32,000 bases of DNA, from positions 3,570,001-3,602,000 of the forward strand of contig NC_007517.1 in NCBI RefSeq assembly GCF_000012925.1. The letters run 5' to 3'. Source of the stretch: Geobacter metallireducens GS-15 (GTDB taxonomy: Bacteria > Desulfobacterota > Desulfuromonadia > Geobacterales > Geobacteraceae). The translations under genes and the position numbers were made by a program. Positions 1-7,729 of the stretch are shown in pieces; the stretch's first letter is position 1, and each line of letters begins with the position of its first letter. Below the pieces are notes generated by a model. The model was given only the letters and a program-made list of their open reading frames with translations. It searched no databases and was not told the DNA's origin.

Positions 1-850
1 CGGCGAAGAAACCGTACCCGCGGTCCGACACCCAGCCCCGCACGAAGTCGGCCAGGGCCCGATGCCTGGCCCAGCGTTGTTCGAACCCCTCGGCGAACAT
101 CCGCTCCAGCTGCTTGTCCATGGCGTAGATCAGCGAAATGCACGGGGTGGAGGGCGTATTGTTCTTGGCGTCGCTTGCCTCGAATTCGAGGAAATCGAAG
201 TAGTAGCCGCGCCCCTCGACGGTGCGGGCCCGGGCCAGCGCTTTTTCGCTCGCCGTAAAAACGGCAAGGCCGGGAGGAAGCGCGAAGGCCTTCTGGACGC
301 CGAAAATGCAGCAGTCGATGCCGAGTTCATCCACCGGAATCGGGAGGGCGCTCATGGAAGAGACGGTGTCGATGATGGAGACCACATCAGGGTACTTTCG
401 AAGCACCGCGGCGATCTCCGGCAGGGGGGACATGACGCCGGTTGATGTTTCGTTGTGGATAAGGGTAAGGCTGTCGTATTTTCCCGTGGCCAGTGCCTCG
501 TCAACCAGTTCCGCGGTAATCGGCTTTCCCCATTCCACCTTGACCGCATCGGCCTCTTTGCCGCAACGACGCGTCACATCGTGCCACTTGTCGGAAAAAG
601 CGCCGTTGCAGAAATTGACGCAGCGCCCTGCCACCAGGTTGCGCACCGCCCCTTCCATGGCGCCGAAGGCGCTGGAAGTCGAGAGAAAAACCTTCGCCTC
701 GGTTGCGAGGAGCTTTTTGAGCCCCGTCGTCACCCTGCCGTGGAGAGTTGCGTACTCCGCCATCCGGTGGCCGACCATGGGGGTCGCCATTGCCTGAAGG
801 ATATCGGGATGGACCTCAACCGGTCCGGGGATAAAAAGCTTCTTTGCCAT
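1..850 (-). CDS. class V PLP-dependent aminotransferase (serine-pyruvate / alanine-glyoxylate / phosphoserine aminotransferase type); C-terminus runs off the window
   Basis: Absent from the ORF track because it is open at the window edge. My minus-strand translation from the ATG (complement of 848-850, preceded by GAGGAG with 5 nt spacing) reads MAKKLFIPGPVEVHPDILQAMATPMVGHRMAEY...LIHNETSTGV...FGVQKAFALPPGLAVF. This has the class V aminotransferase pattern, including the xQK PLP-lysine motif. The + strand ORFs 62-445, 222-797 and 455-883 are antisense shadows. Confidence 0.85.
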   Translation of the reverse strand, partial: MAKKLFIPGPVEVHPDILQAMATPMVGHRMAEYATLHGRVTTGLKKLLATEAKVFLSTSSAFGAMEGAVRNLVAGRCVNFCNGAFSDKWHDVTRRCGKEADAVKVEWGKPITAELVDEALATGKYDSLTLIHNETSTGVMSPLPEIAAVLRKYPDVVSIIDTVSSMSALPIPVDELGIDCCIFGVQKAFALPPGLAVFTASEKALARARTVEGRGYYFDFLEFEASDAKNNTPSTPCISLIYAMDKQLERMFAEGFEQRWARHRALADFVRGWVSDRGYGFFA

Positions 851-939
851 AAAGTCTCCTCGGGAAGAAGGAATCGAAACTGATACGGGGGATACGGGCC
901 TTGCAAAGCGCCCATTCACGGTGCTATCGAGAGCTTAAT

Positions 940-968
940 AAATTAGCAAAATCCGCCCAAACTGTCAA
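940..968 (-). promoter_or_regulatory. candidate sigma70 promoter for the aminotransferase gene (TTGACA-17-TAATTT)
   Basis: The minus strand reads TTGACA (comp. 963-968), a 17-nt spacer, then TAATTT (comp. 940-945), about 85 nt upstream of the ATG. Motif match only. Confidence 0.3.
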
Positions 969-1085
969 GGGAGGCACCACACAGCAAACCACCATTTTAA
1001 GAATTCACTCATAAGCCAGACCCTCCATTCGATTTCATGCTTCCCCGGTCCGGCAAGGCTTTTATTCAAAACAATTTTTTTAGGT

Positions 1086-1115
1086 TTGACAAACTGCCAA
1101 GTCTGACGGTAAGTT
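1086..1115 (+). promoter_or_regulatory. candidate sigma70 promoter with A/T-rich UP-like tract for the cytochrome gene (TTGACA-18-TAAGTT)
   Basis: TTGACA at 1086-1091, an 18-nt spacer, TAAGTT at 1110-1115, preceded by ttttattcaaaacaattttttt (1058-1080). It lies inside the 5' extension of track ORF 1037-2707, which supports the downstream ATG at 1193. Confidence 0.35.
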
Positions 1116-1192
1116 TAAGAGCTTTGGATTCGGTGGTGTCAATACGACAACCCATTCCACAACAAAAAAGTGTTTTATTTGGAGGAAAAGGT

Positions 1193-2707
1193 ATGGCTTT
1201 GCGCAAGACGGCAGGTTATCTCTGGAACCCGATCAGCCTCATCGGTCTGCTCCTGGCGTTCGTGGGAACCGGTCTCATCATCGCGTTCCTCGCGATGGAG
1301 ATGATCACCGGGGTCGAACACCCCTACATCGGACTTCTGACCTACTTTGCCTTCCCGGGGATGCTCATCTTCGGGCTCATCCTGGTCCCGGTCGGCGCGT
1401 GGATGGTCCGGAACCGTCGGCGCAAGGAGGAGGAAGATATCCCCCCCTACCCCCGGATGGATTTCAACGATCCCCACAAGCGCCGCCTCTTCATCTTCTT
1501 CGTCCTGGCAAGCGTCATCTTCGTCCTGATCGTTTCGGTGGCGTCGATCCTCGGCTTCGAGTTCACCGAGTCGACCACCTTCTGCGGCGAACTCTGCCAC
1601 ACGGTCATGACTCCCGAGCACACGGCCTGGAAGAACTCTCCCCATGCACGGGTGAAATGCGTCGAGTGTCACGTGGGCCCCGGCGCCGAATGGTACGTCA
1701 AAGCGAAGATCTCCGGCCTGCGCCAAGTATGGGCCGTTGCGACCCACAGCTATCCGACCCCCATCGAGACCCCCATCGAGAACCTCCGCCCGGCGCGGGA
1801 CACCTGTGAACACTGCCACTGGCCCGAGAAGTTCTATTCCGGTCGCCAGAAGATCTTCTATCACTATGCACCCAACAAGGAGAACACCCCCCGCGAGATC
1901 AACATGCTGATCAACATCGGTGGCGCTCCCAAATCGCCCCATGCCAAGGGTATCCACTGGCACATCGGCACCGAGGTCTACTACATCTCCCGGGACAAGA
2001 AGCGCCTCGACATCCCCTACATCGCGGTCAAGCAAAAGGACGGCTCCTTCGTGGAGTACATGAGCACCGAGACCCCCTTGACCAGGGACGAGATCGCCAA
2101 GGCCAAGAAGCGGCTCATGGACTGCACCGACTGCCACAACCGGCCGACCCACATCTACAAGTCGCCGGGGCAAGAGATGGACGAGCACATCGTCTCCGGG
2201 CTCATCGACCCGGCGCTCCCGTACATCAAGAAAATTGGCGTTGAACTTCTGGAGAAACCCTATAAGACCCAGCAAGAGGCCTTTACCGCCATCGCGGCGA
2301 AGCTCCCCGAGTACTACGCCACCAATTACCCGGAGGTCAGCAAGACCAAGGCCGCGGCCATCAACCAGGCGGTGACCCAGGTGAAGGATATCTACTCACG
2401 GAACTTCTTCCCCGAGATGAAGGTCTCCTGGAACACCTACCCGAACCACATCGGCCACTTCTACACCCCCGGCTGCTTCCGCTGCCACGACGGCAAGCAC
2501 AAGTCCATCGACGGGAAGAAAACCATCTCCAAGGACTGCAACATGTGCCACACCATGATCAGCCAGACCCAGGAGAACATTCCGGCCGGCAAGCAGGTGA
2601 AGGACTTTGTTCACCCGGTGGATATCGGGGATGAAATCCACAAGACCAACTGCAGCGACTGCCACATGTCAGGCGGCGAAGACGTGCCGGGTGGCGGAAA
2701 GCACTAG
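1193..2707 (+). CDS. imcH: inner-membrane heptaheme c-type cytochrome, NapC/NirT-related (ImcH-like)
   Basis: ATG at 1193 is preceded by GGAGGAAAAGGT. There are three predicted N-terminal TM helices (LIGLLLAFVGTGLIIAFLAMEMI, IGLLTYFAFPGMLIFGLILVPVGAWMV, LFIFFVLASVIFVLIVSVASILGF). Seven CXXCH motifs follow: CGELCH, CVECH, CEHCH, CTDCH, CFRCH, CNMCH, CSDCH. The architecture matches what is published for G. sulfurreducens ImcH; the symbol is assigned from memory, not from a search. Confidence 0.8.
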   Translation: MALRKTAGYLWNPISLIGLLLAFVGTGLIIAFLAMEMITGVEHPYIGLLTYFAFPGMLIFGLILVPVGAWMVRNRRRKEEEDIPPYPRMDFNDPHKRRLFIFFVLASVIFVLIVSVASILGFEFTESTTFCGELCHTVMTPEHTAWKNSPHARVKCVECHVGPGAEWYVKAKISGLRQVWAVATHSYPTPIETPIENLRPARDTCEHCHWPEKFYSGRQKIFYHYAPNKENTPREINMLINIGGAPKSPHAKGIHWHIGTEVYYISRDKKRLDIPYIAVKQKDGSFVEYMSTETPLTRDEIAKAKKRLMDCTDCHNRPTHIYKSPGQEMDEHIVSGLIDPALPYIKKIGVELLEKPYKTQQEAFTAIAAKLPEYYATNYPEVSKTKAAAINQAVTQVKDIYSRNFFPEMKVSWNTYPNHIGHFYTPGCFRCHDGKHKSIDGKKTISKDCNMCHTMISQTQENIPAGKQVKDFVHPVDIGDEIHKTNCSDCHMSGGEDVPGGGKH

Positions 2708-2723
2708 GCACTCACTGATTTCG

Positions 2724-2777
2724 CTGAACAAAAAAATCCCCCCGGAGGTCAGCCACCGGGGGGATTTTTTTGTTCAG
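2724..2777. terminator. bidirectional intrinsic terminator between convergent genes
   Basis: Perfect 22-bp inverted repeat: ctgaacaaaaaaatccccccgg (2724-2745) and ccggggggatttttttgttcag (2756-2777), with a 10-nt loop. The GC-rich core is flanked by A7 on one side and T7 on the other, so it gives a U-tract on both strands. Confidence 0.85.
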
Positions 2778-2799
2778 TATCCTGTTGAGCGGCCGGGAG

Positions 2800-2955
2800 C
2801 TACAATTCCTCGAAAACGTCCTCGTCCTTTGTTTCTTCTGTCTCCTCCGGCTCAAAATCCTCATCCATGACATGGTCGAGAAATTTCCGGTTGTTCTCGA
2901 TGACCTTCCGGATCTCCCTGCTCAATTCGTCCAACTCGTTGCGCTCGTCACCCAT
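2800..2955 (-). CDS. hypothetical 51-aa highly acidic protein, immediately downstream of glgA
   Basis: MGDERNELDELSREIRKVIENNRKFLDHVMDEDFEPEETEETKDEDVFEEL. Third-codon positions are about 70% G/C, which fits the genome. The glgA stop and this start form GGGGGTAAGGAGATG. The only terminator (2724-2777) follows this ORF rather than glgA. The SD is too close to the ATG, so the start and the reality of the gene are uncertain. The 148-aa track ORF 2800-3246 overlaps glgA and is an over-extension. Confidence 0.45.
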   Translation of the reverse strand: MGDERNELDELSREIRKVIENNRKFLDHVMDEDFEPEETEETKDEDVFEEL

Positions 2956-2959
2956 CTCC

Positions 2960-4414
2960 TTACCCCCGCCTATTGTCCGCACATGTGCGATAGAGTTCCT
3001 CGTACTTGCCGGCGGCACTGCGCCAGGAAACGTCACGGAGCATACCACGCCGCATGATCTTGCGCCACCCCTCCCGGTCCCGGTAGGCGGCCAGCGCCCG
3101 CTGGACAGCGTCCCAGCACGCATCGGCACTGAACTCCGTGAAGGAGAAGCCGTTCCCTTCCCGGGGATTGGCGGTGACATCGATGACCGTGTCGGCAAGT
3201 CCGCCGGTCCTTCGCACGATCGGCACCGTGCCGTAGCTGAGGGCAATGAGCTGGCTCAGGCCGCAGGGCTCGAATCGCGAGGGCATGAGAAACATGTCGC
3301 ATCCGGCATAGATCTTTGGCGCCAGGGGCTCCTTGAAGCCGAGGTTGATGGAGACGTTCTTCACCCCCTTGTTCCTGAATTCATGGAGCTGATGCATGAG
3401 GCGGAGGTCGCCGGTGCCAAGAATCACCAACTGCAGCTCTTCGGCGGCAAACCGGGGAAGGAGGTCGATGACCAGGTCGATCCCCTTCTGCTCCACAATC
3501 CGTCCCACCATGCCGATGATGGGGATCGACGCTCCCGCCTTGAGCCCCAGTTCCCGTTGGAGCTCCCGCTTGTCAGCCCCCTTTCCCGCCAGGGACTTGG
3601 ACGAGTAGTTCCGGAAAATGCGCCGATCCAGGGATGGGTTCCACTCTTCCGAGTCGAGACCGTTGAGGATGCCGGCAAGGTCGGCCTGACGGCGCTCGAG
3701 CACCCCTTCAAGCCCGCATCCCTGGCCAGGGCTCAGTATCTCGTGGCAGTAGGTTTCCGAAACGGTCGTGATGGCGTCGGCGGCAAGGATCGCCCCTTTC
3801 AGGAGGTTGATGCGGCCGTAGAATTCAATCCGGTCCACGGAGAAGAGGGACGGGTCGAGCCCCGTCTGCGCCAGGGCGTCAGCGGGGAACACCCCCTGGT
3901 AGGCCAGGTTGTGGATGGTAAAGATGACTGCCGTGCGGTTGAAGAACGGGTCATGGCCCAGTTCGTATTTCAGGATGATGGGAATGAGGGCCGACTGCCA
4001 GTCGTGGCAATGGATCACGTCGGGGCGGAAGTCCATCCGCTTCAGGAACTGGAGCACGCTGCGGCAAAAGAAGGCGAAGCGCAGGGGATTATCGGGATAG
4101 TCCCCCTCGGGGGGGCCATAGAGGTGGTCCCGCCCGAAGAGATCGCGGTTTTCAACCAGGTAGACCGGCACCTCCCCCAAGGCAGTCTGGCGCAGGTACC
4201 CCTTGTGGAGCTCCCCCCCCAACGCCACCTCCGCACTCTTACGGGCCTTGCGCACCGGGAGATTCCCCGACGACACCTCCTTGTAGAAGGGGATGGCAAC
4301 GCGGACATCGTGCCCCATCCGCCGGAGCTCCTTGGGGAGAGCAGCGACCACGTCCGCCAGACCGCCGGTCTTGGCAAGGGGGGCAACCTCGGATGCAACC
4401 TGCAGGATTTTCAT
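2960..4414 (-). CDS. glgA: glycogen (starch) synthase, GT5 family
   Basis: 484 aa. The N-terminus MKILQVASEVAPLAKTGGLADVV carries the KTGGL motif, and the length and C-terminal GT-B region are typical of bacterial GlgA. Confidence 0.95.
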   Translation of the reverse strand: MKILQVASEVAPLAKTGGLADVVAALPKELRRMGHDVRVAIPFYKEVSSGNLPVRKARKSAEVALGGELHKGYLRQTALGEVPVYLVENRDLFGRDHLYGPPEGDYPDNPLRFAFFCRSVLQFLKRMDFRPDVIHCHDWQSALIPIILKYELGHDPFFNRTAVIFTIHNLAYQGVFPADALAQTGLDPSLFSVDRIEFYGRINLLKGAILAADAITTVSETYCHEILSPGQGCGLEGVLERRQADLAGILNGLDSEEWNPSLDRRIFRNYSSKSLAGKGADKRELQRELGLKAGASIPIIGMVGRIVEQKGIDLVIDLLPRFAAEELQLVILGTGDLRLMHQLHEFRNKGVKNVSINLGFKEPLAPKIYAGCDMFLMPSRFEPCGLSQLIALSYGTVPIVRRTGGLADTVIDVTANPREGNGFSFTEFSADACWDAVQRALAAYRDREGWRKIMRRGMLRDVSWRSAAGKYEELYRTCADNRRG

Positions 4415-4467
4415 TATCGGGCCTCGCAGCGGCTCAGAGTCGATAGGTGGCGTCAGGCTTCGGGCAT

Positions 4468-5493
4468 CTACAGCTCAGCCCCCCGAAGGAATGTGGCTGC
4501 GTCTTCCGGCGAGGTTGGATTGATGTAGAAGCCGGTCCCCCACTCGAAGCCGGCGATGGGGGTAAGCCGTGGCACCAACTCGATGTGCCAGTGGTAGTCG
4601 TATTCGATGGAACTCCAGAATTCCGGCTTGCCGAGCCGCGGCTGCGGTGGGGGCGCGGTATGGAGGATGAAGTTGTAGGGGGGATCCTTGAGGACGCTCT
4701 TGAGCCGGCCGAGCATATCCTTGAGGGCCACGGCCAGTTCGGCCAGTTCGCCGTCGGTGGACAGGGCGAAATCGTGGGAATGGCGCTTCGGGTAGAGCCG
4801 CAGCTCGAAGGGAAAACAGGAGGCGTAGGGTGTCATGATCACGTAGTTGCCGAATTCCCGAACAATCCGGTCGCCGCTCTGGAGCTCGAAATCGAGCAGG
4901 TCGCAGAAGAGGCAGCGCTCCTTGTTGGCATAGTGCTCCCGGCAGACGCGCAGCTCGGTGGCCGCAGCCGGGGGAATGAGGGGGACCGCGATGAGCTGGC
5001 TGTGGGAGTGGGAAAGGGTGGCCCCGGCCCGCCGGCCGTGGTTCTTGAAAAGGACCATGTAGCGGAACCGCGTGTCCCGGCGCAGGTCCAGGAAACGGGC
5101 GCGGTACGCCTTGAGAACCTCGGTGATCTCTGCGGGGGAGAGCTCTGCCAGCCCCCGGTTGTGGTCCGGTGTCTCGATGATGATCTCGTGGGCGCCGATG
5201 CCGTTCATGACATCATAGATGCCGTAGGCGCGGCTGTTGAGTTCCCCTTCGATCCGGAGCACCGGAAAGCGGTTCGGGATCACCCGCACCTTCCACCCGG
5301 TGGCATTCGCTCCGCCGACAGGACGAACCACGTACACCTCGCCGGGGGTCTTGTCCTCGTTGCCGTAGCAGAAGGGACAGCTGGTCATCTCCGTGGGCTC
5401 GGGCTCCACGAGGAAATCCCGCGGCCGGCGCCCCCGGTCGGTGGCGATAATCACCCAGTGCTGCTTGAGGGGGTCCCATCTCAGTTCGGACAT
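4468..5493 (-). CDS. GalT-family (HIT superfamily) hexose-1-phosphate nucleotidyltransferase / NDP-hexose phosphorylase-like enzyme
   Basis: Start chosen at MSELRWDPLKQHWVIIA (ATG comp. 5491-5493, GGAGGA 4 nt upstream, 13 nt after the GH57 stop). It has the Zn-site CPFC, GAHEIIIE and the active-site motif SHSHSQ (HxHxQ). The track start at 5547 would overlap the GH57 gene. Confidence 0.85.
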   Translation of the reverse strand: MSELRWDPLKQHWVIIATDRGRRPRDFLVEPEPTEMTSCPFCYGNEDKTPGEVYVVRPVGGANATGWKVRVIPNRFPVLRIEGELNSRAYGIYDVMNGIGAHEIIIETPDHNRGLAELSPAEITEVLKAYRARFLDLRRDTRFRYMVLFKNHGRRAGATLSHSHSQLIAVPLIPPAAATELRVCREHYANKERCLFCDLLDFELQSGDRIVREFGNYVIMTPYASCFPFELRLYPKRHSHDFALSTDGELAELAVALKDMLGRLKSVLKDPPYNFILHTAPPPQPRLGKPEFWSSIEYDYHWHIELVPRLTPIAGFEWGTGFYINPTSPEDAATFLRGAEL

Positions 5494-5506
5494 TGTTCCT
5501 CCAGTT

Positions 5507-7729
5507 TCATATGAGCCAGTTCTCCGCATCCAGCTCCGGCCCCGCATAGCTCAGAACGAGGGGCGAATCGGCGGGCCAGCGACCAAACTCTTCGCCTCCG
5601 CGGACGAGGGTCACGAAAGCGAAGAGCTTCCCCCTCGGCTTGAGCGCCAGGGGCCCCAGGGGAACAGCCGCCTCGCAGACATGGCCGATCTCCCAGCAGC
5701 AGCGCCCCTTGGCCTTCTTCCACCCCTTGGTCCCTTTCACCATGAGCTCACCAGACCGATCGGACGGAGTTATTTCGAGACGATACTCGCTCCCGGTGAC
5801 CAGGTGGAGCTGAAGGGCATCACCCTCCTGAATGGCGAGGTTCAACGGTGTTGGGCCGTCGAGGCGGATATAGAGGTTATCCCGGTCATAGCCGTAAAAA
5901 ATGGACTGGAGAAGGCTTTCAGCGGCGTGCATGGCCGATGCCTGCTTGGTGAGGTCCACGAGCCCCGCCGCCAGCCACTCGAAATAGTCGTCCACCCGTC
6001 CGTTGATGGTGGGGGTGATAAGGGCCGCCGGTTCCCGCACGAGCCCCGCCGGAGTAAGCTTCTTGATGGGCTCGTAGAGCTCCCGGGGGATGTCGAGGCC
6101 GAGGAGGCGGTAGACGTTCATGAGGTGCTTGCGGAAGAGGCGGTCAAAGCGGTCGCTGTGGGAGGAGAAGTGATCATCGCCGTACCACCAGAACCAGTCG
6201 CTCCCCTCGGCGGCGTAGAGGGAGGTGCAGACGAGCCGGGCAACGCGCTCCTCGTCGGTCCCCTCCCCCTCCCACTGGTCACCCACGGCCATGAGGTCGG
6301 CCACCAGCGGGCTGGCGGTGACCGCCGCCTCCCGGGCCCGCTCCAGGTAGTCCCACCCCTGGTTCTCCTCCGGATGGCCGACCCAGATGCCGTAGTCGGC
6401 GTTGATCCAGGAGCCGGGGTGGATGTGTTCGATGACCCTCCGCTCCGGCTCCCGGGCAAGGAACCCGGAGCAGGTGGTGCATTCGATTCCCGGCGCGGCG
6501 GCGGTGACGCTGTAGAGACCCCGAAGGAAGTCGTAGCCGTTGTCGGGGTAGTACTCCCAGGCGTTCTCGCCGTCCAGGATCACCGGCACTACCCGGGCGT
6601 CGGGAGTGCTCTCCCGTATTGCCCGGAGTCTCCCCACGAAATCCTCCACCGCCCGGCGGGGTTCCCAGGAGGAATAGGTGAAGCCGATCAGGTCCGAGAG
6701 GAGATGGTCACGGAAAAAGGCCTTCAGCTCCCGGGTGCGGTGGCGGAAGGTGTAGGGATGGTAGAGGGCCTCCCGGTCGGGACCGAGTCCCCCGGGAAGG
6801 GTGCGGGCGAGGATCTCCTCGTCGGTGGCGATCCACTTGATGCCGCAGCCGGCAATGATGGCAAGGGCCTCGTCGCTCACCGACCCCTCCGACGGCCACA
6901 TGCCCACCGGGGTGAAGCCGAACACCTCCTGGAACCGGGCGATGCCGCGACTCACCTGGCTCCGGGCGTCCTCCGGATGGCGAAAGCGGGTTGCCGGGAG
7001 GTTCGCCCGGGGCATGGCGATGGCGGCCGCCTTCATGTCGCAGAGAAGGGGAAGAATCGGGTGGTAGTAAGGGGAGACGGCCAGTTCCACCTTCCCCTCA
7101 TCGTGGAGCTTTTTGTAGAGGGGAATGATCCCGTTGAGGATGTCGGCGTGGCGGGTGAAGAGGAGCGCCTTGTCATCCTCGGTGAAGTTGCGCCCCTTCC
7201 GCGCCAGCTCCTTGAGCTCGGGGTAGCGGCGGCGGGCCGCCTCGCCGGTCCAGGCCAGGAAGAACCAGACCTGGAGGTCCAGGAGGTCCTGGTGGCTGAA
7301 GTGGCGGTGCCGTTCCCGGCTCTTCACCCGGGTCCCGTCGCCTGCAAGATGGAGGAGCTCCAGATAGCGGCGGTTCGGCTCGATGAGCCGCTGGCGGTTG
7401 GCGGAGAAGTAGTTCTCCAGGGCGAAGAGCCGGTCCTCCTCGGCCATGTCGGCCGGGGCCATCCGCCCCCGGACAAGCCAAGGGTCCACGGCCGTGCCGC
7501 CGGCGTAGTCGATGATCTGGTCCAGGAGCGACGGCACCAGGTTGAAGACCGCCCGGGCATTGGGGGTGTCGTCCACGATGGCCGCCATGTCGAAGTAGTC
7601 CTTGACGGCGTGGAGGTAGGTCCAGGGAAGGGCGTACTCCCCCTTCACCGGATCCTTGTAGTAGGGCTGGTGCATGTGCCATACGAATATGACGGAGAGG
7701 GGGGCGCTCACTGCAGTTCCCGTTTCCAC
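5507..7729 (-). CDS. glycoside hydrolase family 57 protein, long form (alpha-amylase / 4-alpha-glucanotransferase type, not the ~530-aa branching-enzyme form)
   Basis: 740 aa. GH57 signatures are present: VIFVWHMHQPYY and VPVILDGENAWEYYP. The start is a GTG (comp. 7727-7729) that overlaps the upstream gene's stop by 22 nt. Confidence 0.9.
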   Translation of the reverse strand: METGTAVSAPLSVIFVWHMHQPYYKDPVKGEYALPWTYLHAVKDYFDMAAIVDDTPNARAVFNLVPSLLDQIIDYAGGTAVDPWLVRGRMAPADMAEEDRLFALENYFSANRQRLIEPNRRYLELLHLAGDGTRVKSRERHRHFSHQDLLDLQVWFFLAWTGEAARRRYPELKELARKGRNFTEDDKALLFTRHADILNGIIPLYKKLHDEGKVELAVSPYYHPILPLLCDMKAAAIAMPRANLPATRFRHPEDARSQVSRGIARFQEVFGFTPVGMWPSEGSVSDEALAIIAGCGIKWIATDEEILARTLPGGLGPDREALYHPYTFRHRTRELKAFFRDHLLSDLIGFTYSSWEPRRAVEDFVGRLRAIRESTPDARVVPVILDGENAWEYYPDNGYDFLRGLYSVTAAAPGIECTTCSGFLAREPERRVIEHIHPGSWINADYGIWVGHPEENQGWDYLERAREAAVTASPLVADLMAVGDQWEGEGTDEERVARLVCTSLYAAEGSDWFWWYGDDHFSSHSDRFDRLFRKHLMNVYRLLGLDIPRELYEPIKKLTPAGLVREPAALITPTINGRVDDYFEWLAAGLVDLTKQASAMHAAESLLQSIFYGYDRDNLYIRLDGPTPLNLAIQEGDALQLHLVTGSEYRLEITPSDRSGELMVKGTKGWKKAKGRCCWEIGHVCEAAVPLGPLALKPRGKLFAFVTLVRGGEEFGRWPADSPLVLSYAGPELDAENWLI

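Noticed and set aside
1037-1192. 5' extension of the cytochrome ORF (track start at 1037)
   Set aside because: The extension contains the candidate promoter and UP element and has no RBS. The ATG at 1193 has GGAGGA upstream and is followed directly by the TM helices.
2867-4528. 553-aa ORF on the + strand
   Set aside because: It is the antisense shadow of glgA. The smaller ORFs 3033-3302, 3396-3608, 3424-3711, 3909-4100, 4042-4398 and 4293-4523 have the same explanation (other frames of glgA, on either strand).
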